A stretch of DNA of 60,386 nt, filler included, from Squatina squatina (lineage: Eukaryota), in NCBI GenBank assembly GCA_031763465.1. It is 3 parts of 3 records of this genome, joined end to end, with 100 filler letters (N's around TTAATTAATTAA, not from the genome) between each part and the next. Parts side by side here need not be neighbours in the genome. Positions count along the whole stretch, not along the records: positions 25,254 to 43,447 come from JARFOE010000192.1; 2 more parts are not named here. One strand, given 5' to 3'. The position numbers were made by a program, and so were the translations under genes. The first letter of the stretch is position 1. Every line of letters starts with the position of its first letter. Positions 26,883 through 40,261 of the stretch are shown one piece after another. The notes beneath the pieces are model-generated. The model had not been told where the DNA came from, searched no databases, and saw only the letters and a list, made by a program, of their open reading frames with translations.

Positions 26883-27340
26883 CGTCCCTCCTCGGTGTGG
26901 CCTAGTGCCACAGACATACCCACCTGCAGCTAGCCTGTCTGCCCATCTGGCTGGCAGCGGGTGGGAAACAGGCTTCAGGTGCAAATCAGGCCCTGCTGTT
27001 AAAGTCAGCGGGGCCGGCTGGAAAAGCGTTCTCCCGGATTTTCCGCCCGCATCAGAGCCCAGTATCTTTGATCAATACTTCCACCCCCTCCTTTTTCCTT
27101 TCCTAATGCATCGTGCCTATTGCGGCCTTACCAATTTTGCGGCACATTGAGGTTCACAGGTAAGTCCAGGAGGGGGTCAGGTGATCAGGAGTGGGGGAGT
27201 AAGGGCAGGTCGGCAGTAGCTCGCTGTTTTGTGGAGGCACGAGGGGCACTCCTGTTCTTTCAGATTCCACAAAAAACGTTTTGGAAGGTTTGGGACCATT
27301 TTCTGAGAGGTCCCTTTTAGGGTGCGTTGACTTCACTGCT
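26883..27340. mobile_element. GC-rich MITE-like fragments
   Basis: gcgggtgggaa...ttaaagtcagcggg...attttccgcccg; similar motifs recur at 30885-31183 and 41545-42010. Confidence 0.45.
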
Positions 27341-30300
27341 TAAGAGCTGGAAATACAATCGGAGCTTGCAAGCTTCGACGAGTGCAAACAAATTTACCAA
27401 TCTAGATCAAAAATAAGCACAGAAACCTCATTTCCATATTGAAATGAGACAGTGCTCATGGCCACCTAAAATAAGTCGCTGACCAATTTAGCAATTATCC
27501 GAACAACCGTGGAGATGGGACGTGGGGCTCTGCCTAGCTAAATTGGTTATCATTTTTGAATATAAAGCAACCAGCTGGCATTACATTGAACTCTACCCTC
27601 TGCTCACTGGATAGTAAATACCTTTTTTTGAACTTCCTCTGTGGAAGTTACAATATTGAAATACTTGGTAGGATCAGAGGACATCTCAAGTGGATCAGCT
27701 TATGACAAACTTGGATGTAGAGGTATGTCAATCATAATGATCAAACNNNNNNNNNNCCGTTACTAAAGGAGGAAGACAGTATTAGAGGTCAATGATAACC
27801 TGAGTGTGGAAGTGGAGGGGGTGGGGGGGAAGAAGAGAACGTTCTAACTGGTGACTTGTCACAAAGTGAGAGGATGGTAATTCCCCAAAGGATGGAGTCA
27901 ACACAAGTATAAAACACAAATAGCAAGTTGATTAAGAGAAATAAAACAAGCATTGATGATGGAGCTGACAGTGAAGAAGCTATCAAATAGCACACAGAGC
28001 AACAGCACTAAGAGTTTCAGTGTTAAGTCCTAAAAAGTGAAGTGTTTTGTGCCAGAAATAGGATTTTGATCATTTCTGTAACCATGATATATGGGAGATA
28101 ATGGAGGCAAGTCTGAGGCCTGTTATCTGAATTTTACCTAATGCAGTAGAAAGTGAGCCATATGTTGCATATGGCTGCAGGGAGATCAAGTGATGATTAA
28201 TGCAGCAATAATTCAAGGCCTAAAAAATAATGGGCTTTCAGAAATAATGAAGGATAGGCACTGTGCCATTTAATGATGAGTTATAGAAAACAGACAGATT
28301 GCAATATAATGAAAATATATCACAAAATACCATGGAACAAATTTGCTAGGTATATTCAGTATAATATCCAAACAGTAAATTATATTTTCAAGAAAACCAT
28401 TTAAAATCTAAATAAAGAGACATTTATTTATTCAATCATAAATGTGATATTTGAAAATATCTGTACCAGATGCTTTCTAAGACCCATTTAAAATTGACCA
28501 ATATTTCTTTGGTTCCTTTTTAATCCATAAAAGTGCCTCGGAGCTTCAGCAAAAAATAATCACATGGTTCAGATAAATGTCTGCAAGTTCATAACACTGT
28601 GAAAATGACCTGCATTTGATAGAATGTTTAAATATGCGGCTAACCCCATATTAATTATAAATGCAATTATTTAAAGATAGATTATTCCTGATATAGTCAC
28701 AAACACAAGGCCAACTTTTTAATATAAATTATAATCTATATCCTTTTTATGCCTCGCCGGATGATTTAAATATATATTTTACGTACGTTTACTAGGTAGT
28801 TAAACCTCATTGTAATATGTCTCTGCTGTTTACTCAGTAAACGTATGTTCATAACAAGCTGTTTCACTGCTCCTGGTAGAAGTTCCATTCTTTTCATTAG
28901 AGGAACTCAATCCTCAATAAGATGAATCTTTAAGAATGAGATAAGAGGAATTGCTTTGCAGGTCCTTGTGAGTCTGCAGTAATGAGGTTTGAGTGTATCT
29001 GGATTCAACACACTTTATAGATTTGTAACATTTGTACAATACATTACTCCACTTGAGTTTTATGCAGTTTATTTCATTTTCATTTTAAATTTAGGAGTTA
29101 TTCATTACCCAGCATATTCTAAGCACAAACATACCATTTAGTTTTCCCTTTCAATCTATAGAACTTGTTCTTAAACCGTGGACTAATAAAGATTGAGAGG
29201 GAATTCCCAACAATGTCCTCAAAACTTACCTTTTCAACTCCACATTGGTAATCACGCCTAAACCTTCTATTGTTGCTCAATATATGTTCTCCTCTGTGAT
29301 ACCCTTTACAATGCTTTCTATACTAAAGGAGCAATATAAATACAAGTTGTTCACATGCTCTTTATTTTAACAGGGTGCCTGAATTTCCGATACTGCTCTT
29401 CATTTTCCAATTATTTTGTGAATATAATTGACTCTCGGGGCAAATTTTCCAAAAGTGCACTTTTGCTGGGGAGCCTCACCATTTGAAGTGGGTATCAGAA
29501 AACAGCGGGTAAACTGACCACAACTTCCCTATATGCATTCCCAGTAAGAAAGGCTTCATGGCAAGAGTGGGTATTCGTAATTCGCGGATGATCCTGAGGC
29601 TAGGCAGTCCTTAGCTGGGCCCGCAGCTAAAATGGTGTGCATGTTCCAATGATGTCATTGGGACTGTCATAACATTTCAACCACAACCACAACCTAAGTC
29701 CTGAACAGTCTCCAGCCCGCCAGCAAAAGATGAGGTAGCAAGGATCCAGGCCACAGGAGGCCCAATTACATTTTCCCTTTTATTTTTTAAAGGATGTTTT
29801 TGGGCTAGCAGGAGCAGAACTATTTCCGTGGCTCCCTGGTGAAGACCTGAATGTCCCCCCTACCAATTTTGACACACACCAAAATGTGGCGACATCACTC
29901 CCGTAGTTGGAAACAGATTTTCTCCAGTAATTGAGGGGTCAAGAATGAGGGTGTGTAAATATAAGATATTTGGGGTAGAATAGCATAGTGGTTGTCTCTT
30001 AACTGCCCTGTGCCATGCCGTTGTATTCAAGAAAGTGGCTCACCACCAACTTCTCAAGGGCAATTAGGGATAGGCAATAAATACTGGCTTTGCCAGTGAC
30101 GCCCATATCACGTGAAAGAATTTAAAAAAAGTAAAATATTTGANNNNNNNNNNNNNNNNNNNNNNNNNNNNNNNNNNNNNNNNNNNNNNNNNNNNNNNNN
30201 NNNNNNNNNNNNNNNNNNNNNNNNNNNNNNNNNNNNNNNNNNNTTCCCACAGGATTTGTTCAAATCTCCAATTAAAATGTTATTAGATCCTATATAATAT

Positions 30301-32344
30301 GTATTAAGATGTTTTAGGGACTATTATTATAAAGGATTGTTGCTACAATTTAGGTACAAGGTAATTGCTGGACTGATTTATCAATTATGTGGGTAATACA
30401 ATTCCACAATGAATCCAGTTCCTGCTTGTGCTTTATCAGTAGCTCAATGTGCACCATTCAAGGCAGACAATGCCTTGCAGTTAAATTTCATTGAAAAGTC
30501 AGTCAAATATTTCTGAAAAGGGAAAGCAGTCAGATTTGCAAAAGTGAGGAATAAGTGGACTGACAAATGTCTTTCATTTCCTTAGCAGAAATGATAATGC
30601 TTCTGTCTCAGTGCCATTTGGAAGGGATAAGAGCACCAGATTTATTCCTGTTTATTCCAATACTCAGTCTCTCAAGGGCTTATACTCACTGTGCTTATAA
30701 CCTGGCCAACTCCAAATGCTCTTGTGGATTCTGCACATCATGTACAGTTTTATTCCCTTTTCGTCCAATTCTGATCCCTGCTTGACCTTCATCATGCCTC
30801 TCCCTCCTTGTCCAAGTACAGATAAACCTGATAATCCAGTCTCTGATACCAGATGGATGTGTTTCCAAAAGTGTGGCCATTATTCTTAGTGGAATTTTAA
30901 CCCCAAAAACGGGTGGGTTTGGGTCAGTGGGATGTAAAAAAAAATTTAAAACGCAAACCTGAACCTCACTCACCTTGAACCTACACTTCCGGGTTTAACA
31001 GAGGCAGGATGGGGGCGGGGTGCAACCAACCCGCTCCCAGGTGGCGGGTTGCTCATTTAAATACTTTAGTGAGACTGCATGCCTCATATTTTGGCTATAT
31101 TTTAAATTTAACTCTGACTGGCCAGGTTCTCTGGGCCTTGGGAAACCAGACAGTTAAAGGGAGACGAGAACAGCTTCATGAAGNNNNNNNNNNNNNNNNN
31201 NNNNNNNNNNNNNNNNNNNNNNNNNNNNNNNNNNNNNNNNNNNNNNNNNNNNNNNNNNNNNNNNNNNNNNNNNNNNNNNNNNNAGTAATTTCCATCTTAG
31301 AGGTATTATAGTCAAATTCATTCATGAGAAAACATATTCTTAAAAATAAAACACAACTATGAATGGGTTTTCACAATTTTTAAAATTGCAAATTGCCACA
31401 CACTACCATTGCTTACCAAAGATGTAAGCATGCAACGCTGGAAAATCAATCCACCATTCCTCTACAATATTTTCACATTCATTACTGAAAATATTTGCGC
31501 TATTTTGTTATTTTGAGATACGTGATTCCCTCCAAAAATGTTGTACCCATTTGTCTGTAAGGTCTTCCATTACGTACTATATTTTAAAGCTATTTTATTC
31601 CCTAAAGATCATATGAATGTCTGAAGAGGGCTGTAAAACATGAAAAGGATTGTTGTTGAAATCCTTCTCTCGGCCAGACAAAAACTCTACTGCAGTTTTA
31701 GTAAGACTTTCTTGAATTGTATGTTTAATTATGTCATAAGCAAGAATGAAAATAAACTGATCTTCTATGCATTTAATGGTTTCTGGTTGAAAATGCAATG
31801 CCCACAAATTTGGGCAGGTTAACTCCATGAACTTATGATATTAATCAATTTAGATTAACTACCCAGTCATAGTTACAATACGTCAGGGAATTTTTACATC
31901 CACAACTTCTATTTTCATTTATTGATTGAGCTCCAGCTCTTCAATCATTTTGCAAAAATAACACTGGCCCTGATTGAGTGTGTTTATTTTCAATATTGAA
32001 GAAACCTCACGTGTTACACTTAATTCAACACATTTGAATGGATTACTGCTAATATTGAGAGCCATCACAAGGTCTCCAGATAAATGGTTAAAGAATCTCT
32101 ACCACCAGATTAACATTTTATTTTCTCAATCTTTTTTTTTCAACCAATTCATCACCATCCATAACAGATTTGCTTGGAAATAACAGGTTGAGTCAGATGA
32201 AAGACAAGGGTTTACTTCATTTTTTTCACTAACCACGCAGTATTGTGGCATTCAGGTGCATTCTATAAGTCAGTGTCTATTGAAGATCCTTCTCTTCTGC
32301 ACATTTGCAGTCTACAGGTCAGTTATCAGACAGTATTGACATTG

Positions 32345-32430
32345 GTACAAAAGCGAAATACTGCGGATGCTGGAATCTAGAATAAAAACAAAAACTCAGC
32401 AGGTCAGGCAGCATCTGTGGAGAGAAAAAT
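32345..32430 (-). mobile_element. Penelope-like element terminal fragment
   Basis: gatgctggaa...ctcagcaggtcaggcagcatctgtggagagaaa, the reverse complement of the 38790-38850 segment. Confidence 0.7.
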
Positions 32431-32544
32431 GGATGGCCGAGTGGTCTGAGGTGCCAGACTCAAGGACTGTTAATCCTTACCTACCAAAGGTTGGTGAATT
32501 CTGGTCCCTTTCTAGGTGCGAGGGTTCGCATTCATCTTTTGTCT
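32431..32544 (+). pseudogene. Intron-containing tRNA-Leu(CAA) pseudogene
   Basis: GGATGGCCGAGTGGTCTgAGGtGCCAGACT-CAA-G, a 34-nt intron (32465-32498), then TTCTGGTC...GGGTTCGcAT. The first 4 nt are lost and the T-arm and acceptor stem are mutated. Confidence 0.85.
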
Positions 32545-34129
32545 ACAGTTTAAAGCAAAACCTTTATTGTTGTAACTTTTATATAAGATGAACAAACCAA
32601 AATACTTGGAAATAGATACTGACTGAATTATTCTTAGATAATCAGCTCCAGAGTCAGTAATGTGGAGTGATTCAGCCACTATCCGTTAGCCTTCATCGTG
32701 GAGTTCTTTATGCAACAATGACACAGATTTAATAACCACCCGTAACAGTCACTATCAGCAGATAGAGGAATCTAAAAAAATAAAGTGAGGATCGTGCACT
32801 TCACAGTATACAATACGAAAAATAATAGATAACCTGGATGAGTTCAACANNNNNNNNNNNNNNNNNNNNNNNNNNNNNNNNNNNNNNNNNNNNNNNNNNN
32901 NNNNNNNNNNNNNNNNNNNNNNNNNNNNNNNNNNNNNNNNNNNNNNNNNTATTTCATCTGGAAGTGTATGCCAGTGAATTTTATTGAAAAATTACTTATT
33001 TTAACAAAAGAAAAGAAGCTTTGCCTGGTGGAGCTGAATTCAAATAGTTGAACAGTGTGTTATCTTACTTAATAGTATAAGGTGACCTTTGAAACAAAAT
33101 GCTTTCATTTTAAAGAACAATGGATGTTGCCACATCGATATCACATCAATCTTGTGAATAAAAATCCAAAAGTCTCTTTACATTTTGGCTTGGCTTTTGA
33201 TAGATCAGGTTGCTATATACTGTCATGACTTTGTGTATGAAAATAAATGGTTTTAAAAGGTAAAAGTTGCATTCCATTTTTGTGGAGTTCACAGTGGATA
33301 TATTGCAGTTAAGCCACAAATGCAATTTCCCACTGAACCTTCTTTTGTAGCAAGGTACCGATATTGATGTCTCTGATGCTTTTTTCACATTTTTATATTT
33401 GTACATTAGGGTCTGTTCAATACTGGAATGGATTCATCAATTCCAATTGCTGCTGGCTACCTTGATAAAGAATGGTTGATTCTGTATAACTGGTGGCTCG
33501 TAAGTCTTTGTCAAAATGGTAGCTGACGTGTTAATTTTAAAAGAGCAAACACTTAGGCAAAGGTTCATGAAGAAAATAATGAAATCAATTAAAAGATAGA
33601 AGCAGTTAGATGAAGTCTTCTTTCAAAGAACTGAAAATACGTTACGAGGTGCTGTAATCAGCTCTCTCATCTTTTATATTGATAGTTACTTTTATAAATC
33701 AAATTTTTTTCTGCCAGGTACCCAATATTCCATGTTTTTGATGAAACGTTTAGTATAGAATGAACTGATGTACTGGAGGCAGTGTAGACCAACCATCCAA
33801 CTGACCTTCAAAACAGATCTATTAATGCTACTCAAGATTTATCATCTTAAGAAGATGGCATTTCAAATGCTGCTGATACAGTAGAATAGCAAGTCACATT
33901 GACTGGATGGAATAGGTGATATAGTGACCATCAGTTGAACTGTCAGTTTACAAAAGCCGTTTTAACAAAGAAAACTGCAAATATCCAAGACAGCTTTCTT
34001 AAAGGAAATTATAATAAAGTGAATAAAAATAATAGTTTGATTCTCAGATTACCCTAAAGCATCATCTACAACTAGTACAGTTGTTCCAGTGTGAGGTTTA
34101 AGGGAGTTTTTTCAGATGTTGTGAATTGG

Positions 34130-34368
34130 AGGGTATGGTAACGTAGTGGTTATGGTTACTGGACTAGTAATCCAGAGGCCTGGACTAATAATCTGGAGAC
34201 ATGAGCCCACCACGGCAGCTGGGGAATTTAAATAAATCTGGAATAAAAAGCCAGTCATGGTGGTCATGTGACTACCGGTTTGTCGTAAAAACCCATCTGG
34301 TTCACGAGTGTCGTTTAGGGAAAGAAATCTGGCCTATATGTGACTCTAGACCCACAGCAATGTGGTTG
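34130..34368 (+). mobile_element. tRNA-derived SINE 5' part (deleted copy also at ~29970-30130)
   Basis: gtagtggttat..ttactggactagtaatccagagg...aaaacccatctggttcac...tatgtgactctagacccacagcaatgtggttg. Confidence 0.7.
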
Positions 34369-34468
34369 GNNNNNNNNNNNNNNNNNNNNNNNNNNNNNNN
34401 NNNNNNNNNNNNNNNNNNNNNNNNNNNNNNNNNNNNNNNNNNNNNNNNNNNNNNNNNNNNNNNNNNNN

Positions 34469-34677
34469 NGGTCTGGAACTCACTGCCTGAAAGGGTGGTA
34501 GAGGCAGAAACCCTCATAGCATTTAATAAGTATTTGGATATGAACTTGAAGTGCCTACAGGGCTACAGACCAAGAGCTGGAAAGTGGGATTCAACTGCAT
34601 CGCTCTTTGTCGGCTGGCGTGGACACAATGGGCCTAATGGCCTCCTTCTGAGCTGCAAATTTCTATGATTCTATGAT
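34469..34677 (+). mobile_element. CR1 LINE 3' end
   Basis: VWNSLPERVVEAETLIAFNKYLD followed by a (TTCTATGA)n tail. Confidence 0.88.
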
Positions 34678-36531
34678 CCTATAAAAGGACTCATAAAGAT
34701 CTTGTAGCAATATGGCCACCTGCTTGTTATCCTGGCTGAAGAATAGTGCACTAAAAAAAAAATCAAAGAATAATCTAAAAAGGAAGGTAATGTAATATTA
34801 ATTGGGGGAGGGAGACCAGCCCCACAAATAAAAAAGAAAAAAAAATCTAAGGAGGTTTCAGTGCCAAACTCGTTCTCTTTTCCCCTGTCAACCCGCGCTT
34901 ATAATCAAAGAGAACAAATTGACAATTTTCTAAAATGCTTAACAGTCAAACTTCAGACAGAATGAGAAATGAAGGTAGATTGGATTCCAGCATAGCTCAC
35001 AAAATACACAAAACTATTGATTTACACTCCTACTTCTTTAAAGCTTGGAGTGTTTTAAAAAGCTAGATGCCAGCCTATGCTGCATTTTTTTTCAATGTGC
35101 TGGACTAGTCCGGTCACTTCAACAATCAATGTTTGCTTCATCATTCCGCTGGAACATTCCGTTATTCATAATTGATTGCACAGGGATGAAAGGCTGAGAA
35201 CTAATGAGCTAGATGTTAATTCACTGAAGTCAAAAGATGCGTTAACAGTTCAATAACATTATTCAATATTTTTAAGCCATGTCAGTTCAACTTTAATCAG
35301 TAGGTATAACTAATATAAAANNNNNNNNNNNNNNNNNNNNNNNNNNNNNNNNNNNNNNNNNNNNNNNNNNNNNNNNNNNNNNNNNNNNNNNNNNNNNNNN
35401 NNNNNNNNNNNNNNNNNNNNGGTCATGGCAATGTTTGAGGTAGTCGCATGTCCGTGTGTTAAACAGATGGCTTGCCTCCCAAGAATCGAAGATGACTAAA
35501 TTGGACAACCTGGCAACACAATAAAAACGAAAATGTTCGCAGTATTGATGATGTGCCATTAAAGGTTGCTAGTGCACTTAATAAACATCACATCACTGCA
35601 CCGATTGTGTCTACGCCTTTACACTGTAAATCTGGTATTGAACACATGATTTGAGACGGGAGCCTAAGCATTATTTCAGGGCTAGGATCGATCAATTTTT
35701 CCAAGGATTTAATAAAACATTACAGTTTGAAAGTTGGCAACTTCGTTTGAGCGCAATGATGATCTGAGAATCTGGTTTTGAACACAATATACCTGTGGCG
35801 AAACTATAGCCTGAAGCTGATGCAGTTGCACAATATAAGCGAAGATTTTCCACTTCAGTGCTCCTGGTGGGCCCCAGGAATGTGTTTTAGCAAATTGCGT
35901 CTGAACTGAAGCTATCATATCCATGCAGACGCATTGCTGGAATAATCTAAAACTAATCCCATTGCTCTGCTTTCTCTCAATAGCACTATATCTTTCTCTA
36001 GTTCAAATATTTATTCACTCCCTGTGGCAAAGCATTCCATGCCCTTAACAGCTCTCTGCATAAAATAATAGTTGCTAAACTTTATCAGCTCCTTCCATAG
36101 TAGAAAATAATAATTTTTTGCAGCTCTTGTGCTAAAACTATGACTATAATTATCTTTTAACAGTTATTTTATTAATCCTTTCCTTACTGACTACAGAAAT
36201 TGTCTGGCTTATCTTTTCTTCAGAGGCTCCAGTCAAATAATCATTCTTTGAAGAATTCCAGTCAAACTCGTTGATTTCAACTGGAGCTGAGAAGCTAATT
36301 TAAGCAACCGTTGGATTTAATAGATTGCCAACTGGACACACATCTCGAAGAAATCATGTGGCATGTCTTATATTTGAACTGTTTGGCTTGGCTCCTCTCT
36401 CAAGCAACCAACCCAGAGATCAATGTGATTAATTGCTGCAACCTTGTATCAAGTTAAGCTGAAAAATGATCTCTACGGGAGTAGCTGGCATCGAACCTAT
36501 ATGTCCCGTGACAGAAAGAAGCCAATATATT

Positions 36532-36800
36532 GGCCCCGAAACTCAGGCCTCTCCGTGTGCATACAAAGTGCGCACGCGCTCGGAGAGGCCCCGCAAGTTC
36601 CGGGTTTAGGCACGCGCTACGCGTGCCCCTGAACCCGGAACCTCCAATCTGTCAAGGATTGCCTTGACAGATCCACCGCTTCTGTAAGAAAAGGGCTTCC
36701 CTGGGCGGTGAGTTGGGTTACTTATGCCTGAAAAGAGAAGGTGCACAGGCCTGTTTTTTCAGTCGTAAGACATTTTTCAAACACAAAAATATGAGTGGAT
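36532..36800 (+). mobile_element. 5' end of a hairpin-rich Harbinger-like non-autonomous element
   Basis: Starts ggccccgaaa (similar start ggccctgaaattg at ~43426); three consecutive perfect stems. Confidence 0.55.
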
Positions 36801-37654
36801 GGAATATTGTGCAGGGGGAGTTCGATAGTTTGTCAATCTCACCCCTGCTGGTAAGAAAAGTCACTTTTAGTTCAAACAATAAAACACAAAGTAGATTGTT
36901 TTTCAAGGCAAGGTCAAAATATTTCCAGTCTCACCATTAAAAACAAAAGATCACTGCTTTGTGCTTGTTTGGCTTTTTTTTTGCATTGCACATACCATTA
37001 CATCATTTTCCATTACTATGTTTGATCTCTTTTATTCAAAAGTAGTCTATTATCTATGAATCTCTCACACTAATTACATTGATTCGTGATTTTCAGATTA
37101 CTCTTTGACAAGGGTCTGTGTTTATTTTTGCATAACTTTTTACCATATTGCACTTGTGAGGTACTTGGGAATCTTAGATTTCTTGACGTTCCTATTAAAC
37201 TTGCTTCTTCAAAACAAAGTTTGAAATGTAGAGTGATCCAGGAACTTCAGAATATTGACCAGGCTACTCAATTTCAAATGCTGGGAGAATATTTGGGTTC
37301 CCAATTTACTGTGTAGAAAATCTTACTGTAACAACAAATGCTCACTCCAAACAAAGAACACCATGGCAGTCCTTCAAGTGATATCACATGGAAGCAATAA
37401 GCGGAGCTCGCTGTCTAGCGCATGATGAACAAAGTCACGAGTGTGTCATTTCTGGTTATTTCCTGTAATTTAGGACAGATTCATCCCCAAAAGAAAACAC
37501 AACCCCTGTTGTTTATCCTTTTACAGAGAAAGAAACTGTCATACAGTGAGAATTTAAACATTTCCTGTTATTGCAGAGATTCTCTTAAAGCTCTATCCCA
37601 CAGGCCTGACTCAAAGACCCGGATTAAGCACAGATTCTGTATATCTGTCTTCTC

Positions 37655-37980
37655 TCTCTCAGGCAGTCCCTCGGGTTCAAGGATGACTTGCTTCCATTCC
37701 AGAGTTGTGGGTTCTGAGGTGGCTGAAAAGTCCAATGTGGGATCCGCAAACTCGACCACAGGAGGGGCAGTTGGTATTTGGTGGGGCGTTTGGCCTCCAC
37801 GTGCTCCCGCCAGAGAGCCCAAAGCAGTTGGTGCCTTCATGGATGCTTCTCCTCCAATGCGGGTAGTCTTGGGCCATTGATTCCCATGAGTCGGTGGGGA
37901 TGTTTCATTTTTTCAATGAGGCTTTGAGGACGTCCTTATAGCGTTTCCTCTTCCCTCCTTGGAGGCGTTTGTCATGACAG
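37655..37980 (-). mobile_element. RTE LINE 3' end with C2H2 motif
   Basis: GGKRKRYKDVLKASLKK...CPSCGRVCGSHIGLFSHLRTH, followed by ggaagcaagtcatcctt..cccgagggactgcct. Confidence 0.88.
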
Positions 37981-38724
37981 NNNNNNNNNNNNNNNNNNNN
38001 NNNNNNNNNNNNNNNNNNNNNNNNNNNNNNNNNNNNNNNNNNNNNNNNNNNNNNNNNNNNNNNNNNNNNNNNNNNNNNNNTTACTGGTGCTTTGAGGATA
38101 ATATTCTGCAATTCTGTCAATTATTCTGTGGCCTTCAGGATCATAATTTGTAATCCAGTAACTATTTAGAGGGAATATTAAAACAAGGATTGACTTTCTA
38201 TAATAATTTTATGCTGCTTAAATTCTGGGCATTGAAGAACAAATATTTTCTAGCTTTAACAAAAATGCAGTATTTCTATACCTTTACTCACAAATTAATC
38301 ACTTGCTCAGTGTTCAGAACTGTATGAAACAGTATTAGGGAGACATTCAGCTTGTAACACATGTGGCAGCAATTTTTTGCCTTCTTTCTGTTTGCCAGCT
38401 GACTTCATATTGAATAGGTTTCCAATTGGGACATATTATTCAAAGTACTTGATTGCAACAGAAGTTCCCAACCCTGTACTCCAGATAATGTATCCCGTCT
38501 GGGACCATTTTAACTGAAAAACAGATCTACAATGAAATCAACAGGCCAAAAAAAAAGACAAGATGTTGCCTTGTTGTTCTCTGATGAAAACAATCCATAT
38601 TACAAGCCGGATTCCTGCGCAACCNNNNNNNNNNNNNNNNNNNNNNNNNNNNNNNNNNNNNNNNNNNNNNNNNNNNNNNNNNNNNNNNNNNNNNNNNNNN
38701 NNNNNNNNNNNNNNNNNNNNNNNN

Positions 38725-38850
38725 TTGCTGTATTTCTGGCTTTTTTCAGTTCTGACGAAGGGTCATCGACCCGAAACATTGACTCTGTTTTTCTCTCCAC
38801 AAATGCTGCCTGACCTGCTCAGTTTTTCCAGCATTTTTTGTTTGTATTAA
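38725..38850 (+). mobile_element. Penelope-like terminal repeat with minimal hammerhead ribozyme-like motif (38748-38784)
   Basis: agtt-CTGACGA-a-gggtc-atc-gaccc-GAAA-catt-gact. Confidence 0.7.
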
Positions 38851-39397
38851 CAAAGATATCACAGGCTAGAATATTCAAATTAAGCAAGGGATCTTTAATG
38901 GTTTTAAAATTTTAAAAACCTTCAACTTCCGATGAAAATGTTTCACAACCAGATACTGTTAAACCAGTTTAACCAAATTTAATCCAATTTAAACCAGTTG
39001 AACTAAATTTACATTCCCTACTTATACTATTAGTCATTATAATCCAAGGGCACATGTGCTGTCACTGGTTAACAATAGGAGGATAGCAAAAAAATGACCT
39101 TCACATGTGCTCTTGGGTTCTTATTGTTTTCGAAGGATGTAAGGCAACTCCATGACGTTATCAGTTAATAAAAGAGAACAATTAAGAAATCACCAATCAC
39201 TTATCTCACAAGAAACATTTATCAGTACGGGTTATAAAAACACTATTATTAAGTGAGATGGTTTGGGAACTGCTGGCTGATTGTAGAAGGACTTGGTTAC
39301 ATTCAGACCTTCTGTTGACAATTCACCTTCATTTCAAAGCTACACCAGGCAATCATTCTTGTGTTTCTGAATCTTAATTAATGCTGTTTCTCTCTCT

Positions 39398-39538
39398 GGG
39401 GTAGATTTTGACTTTGCACGATAGTGTAACACGGATGATAGCAAATCGGCAGCCCGTTTAAAATCGGGCGAAATATAAAACAGGCTACCGATTCGCTATC
39501 GCCCCTTTGCACTATCGCATAACATCAAAATCTGCCTC
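39398..39538. mobile_element. Fold-back MITE (~141 bp), PIF/Harbinger-like
   Basis: The whole element is an imperfect palindrome (ggggtagattttga ... tcaaaatctgcctc), with TCT on both flanks. Confidence 0.8.
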
Positions 39539-40102
39539 TCTCATTCTCTCCTTCTCTCTGCATACACTGGAGTTTTAAACAAATCTGCTGTACTGTGGTT
39601 CTTCAAAGTATATTCAATAAAAAGTGCTTCTAATAACACAAGCTGTCTCCCACCCAATGGTATAATGAATTGCTTTACTAACATGTTGGCCCTTTGGGAA
39701 AGCAAAGCCAGATGTGTACTCAGCAAAACTGCTGCAGAATTGGGTGTTATGAAATGAGGAAAAACAATTTTATAAGCCAGATGCTGCAAATCTTAATGTA
39801 AGGAGTCTCGGAGAGGAGAAACGCAACTTATGCGACTGAAGGCTATCTGTTCTCCCCCTACAATGCCTGTGTTACAACAGGCATTGGAGGGAGTGGCTGA
39901 ATGCGGACAGTACCAGTCAGCCACCACGGTTATGGCAGTGGCTGACTCACTGCTTTTGCAGTGAAACTCCAGGAAAGTTTAGGGTCACCAGAATCCCAGC
40001 AGGCTGATAATGAAACCTTGTAATGAGCAAACACAACTCCTTTCACAAAGGACTCACTTAAGAGTGGCAGTTTAGATGTCACACATCTGAAATGAAGGAC
40101 CA

Positions 40103-40261
40103 GGGGTGAAATTGAATTGCGGCAGGGCAAAAACCAGGCAGTAGTGGATCGGCCTCGCCCTTTCCGTTCAAATAATGCAAAGGAAAATTGGGCAGGATGT
40201 ACAACAGGTGGCAGATCGATATTGCCTGTTTTGCACCCCTGACCAAGTTGAATTTCACCTG
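40103..40261. mobile_element. Fold-back MITE (~160 bp)
   Basis: ggggtgaaattgaattg ... caagttgaatttcacctg, with complementary inner arms. Confidence 0.7.

Noticed and set aside
35793-35900. AG/GT-bounded 108-nt open minus-strand segment
   Set aside because: No recognisable peptide and no partner exons.
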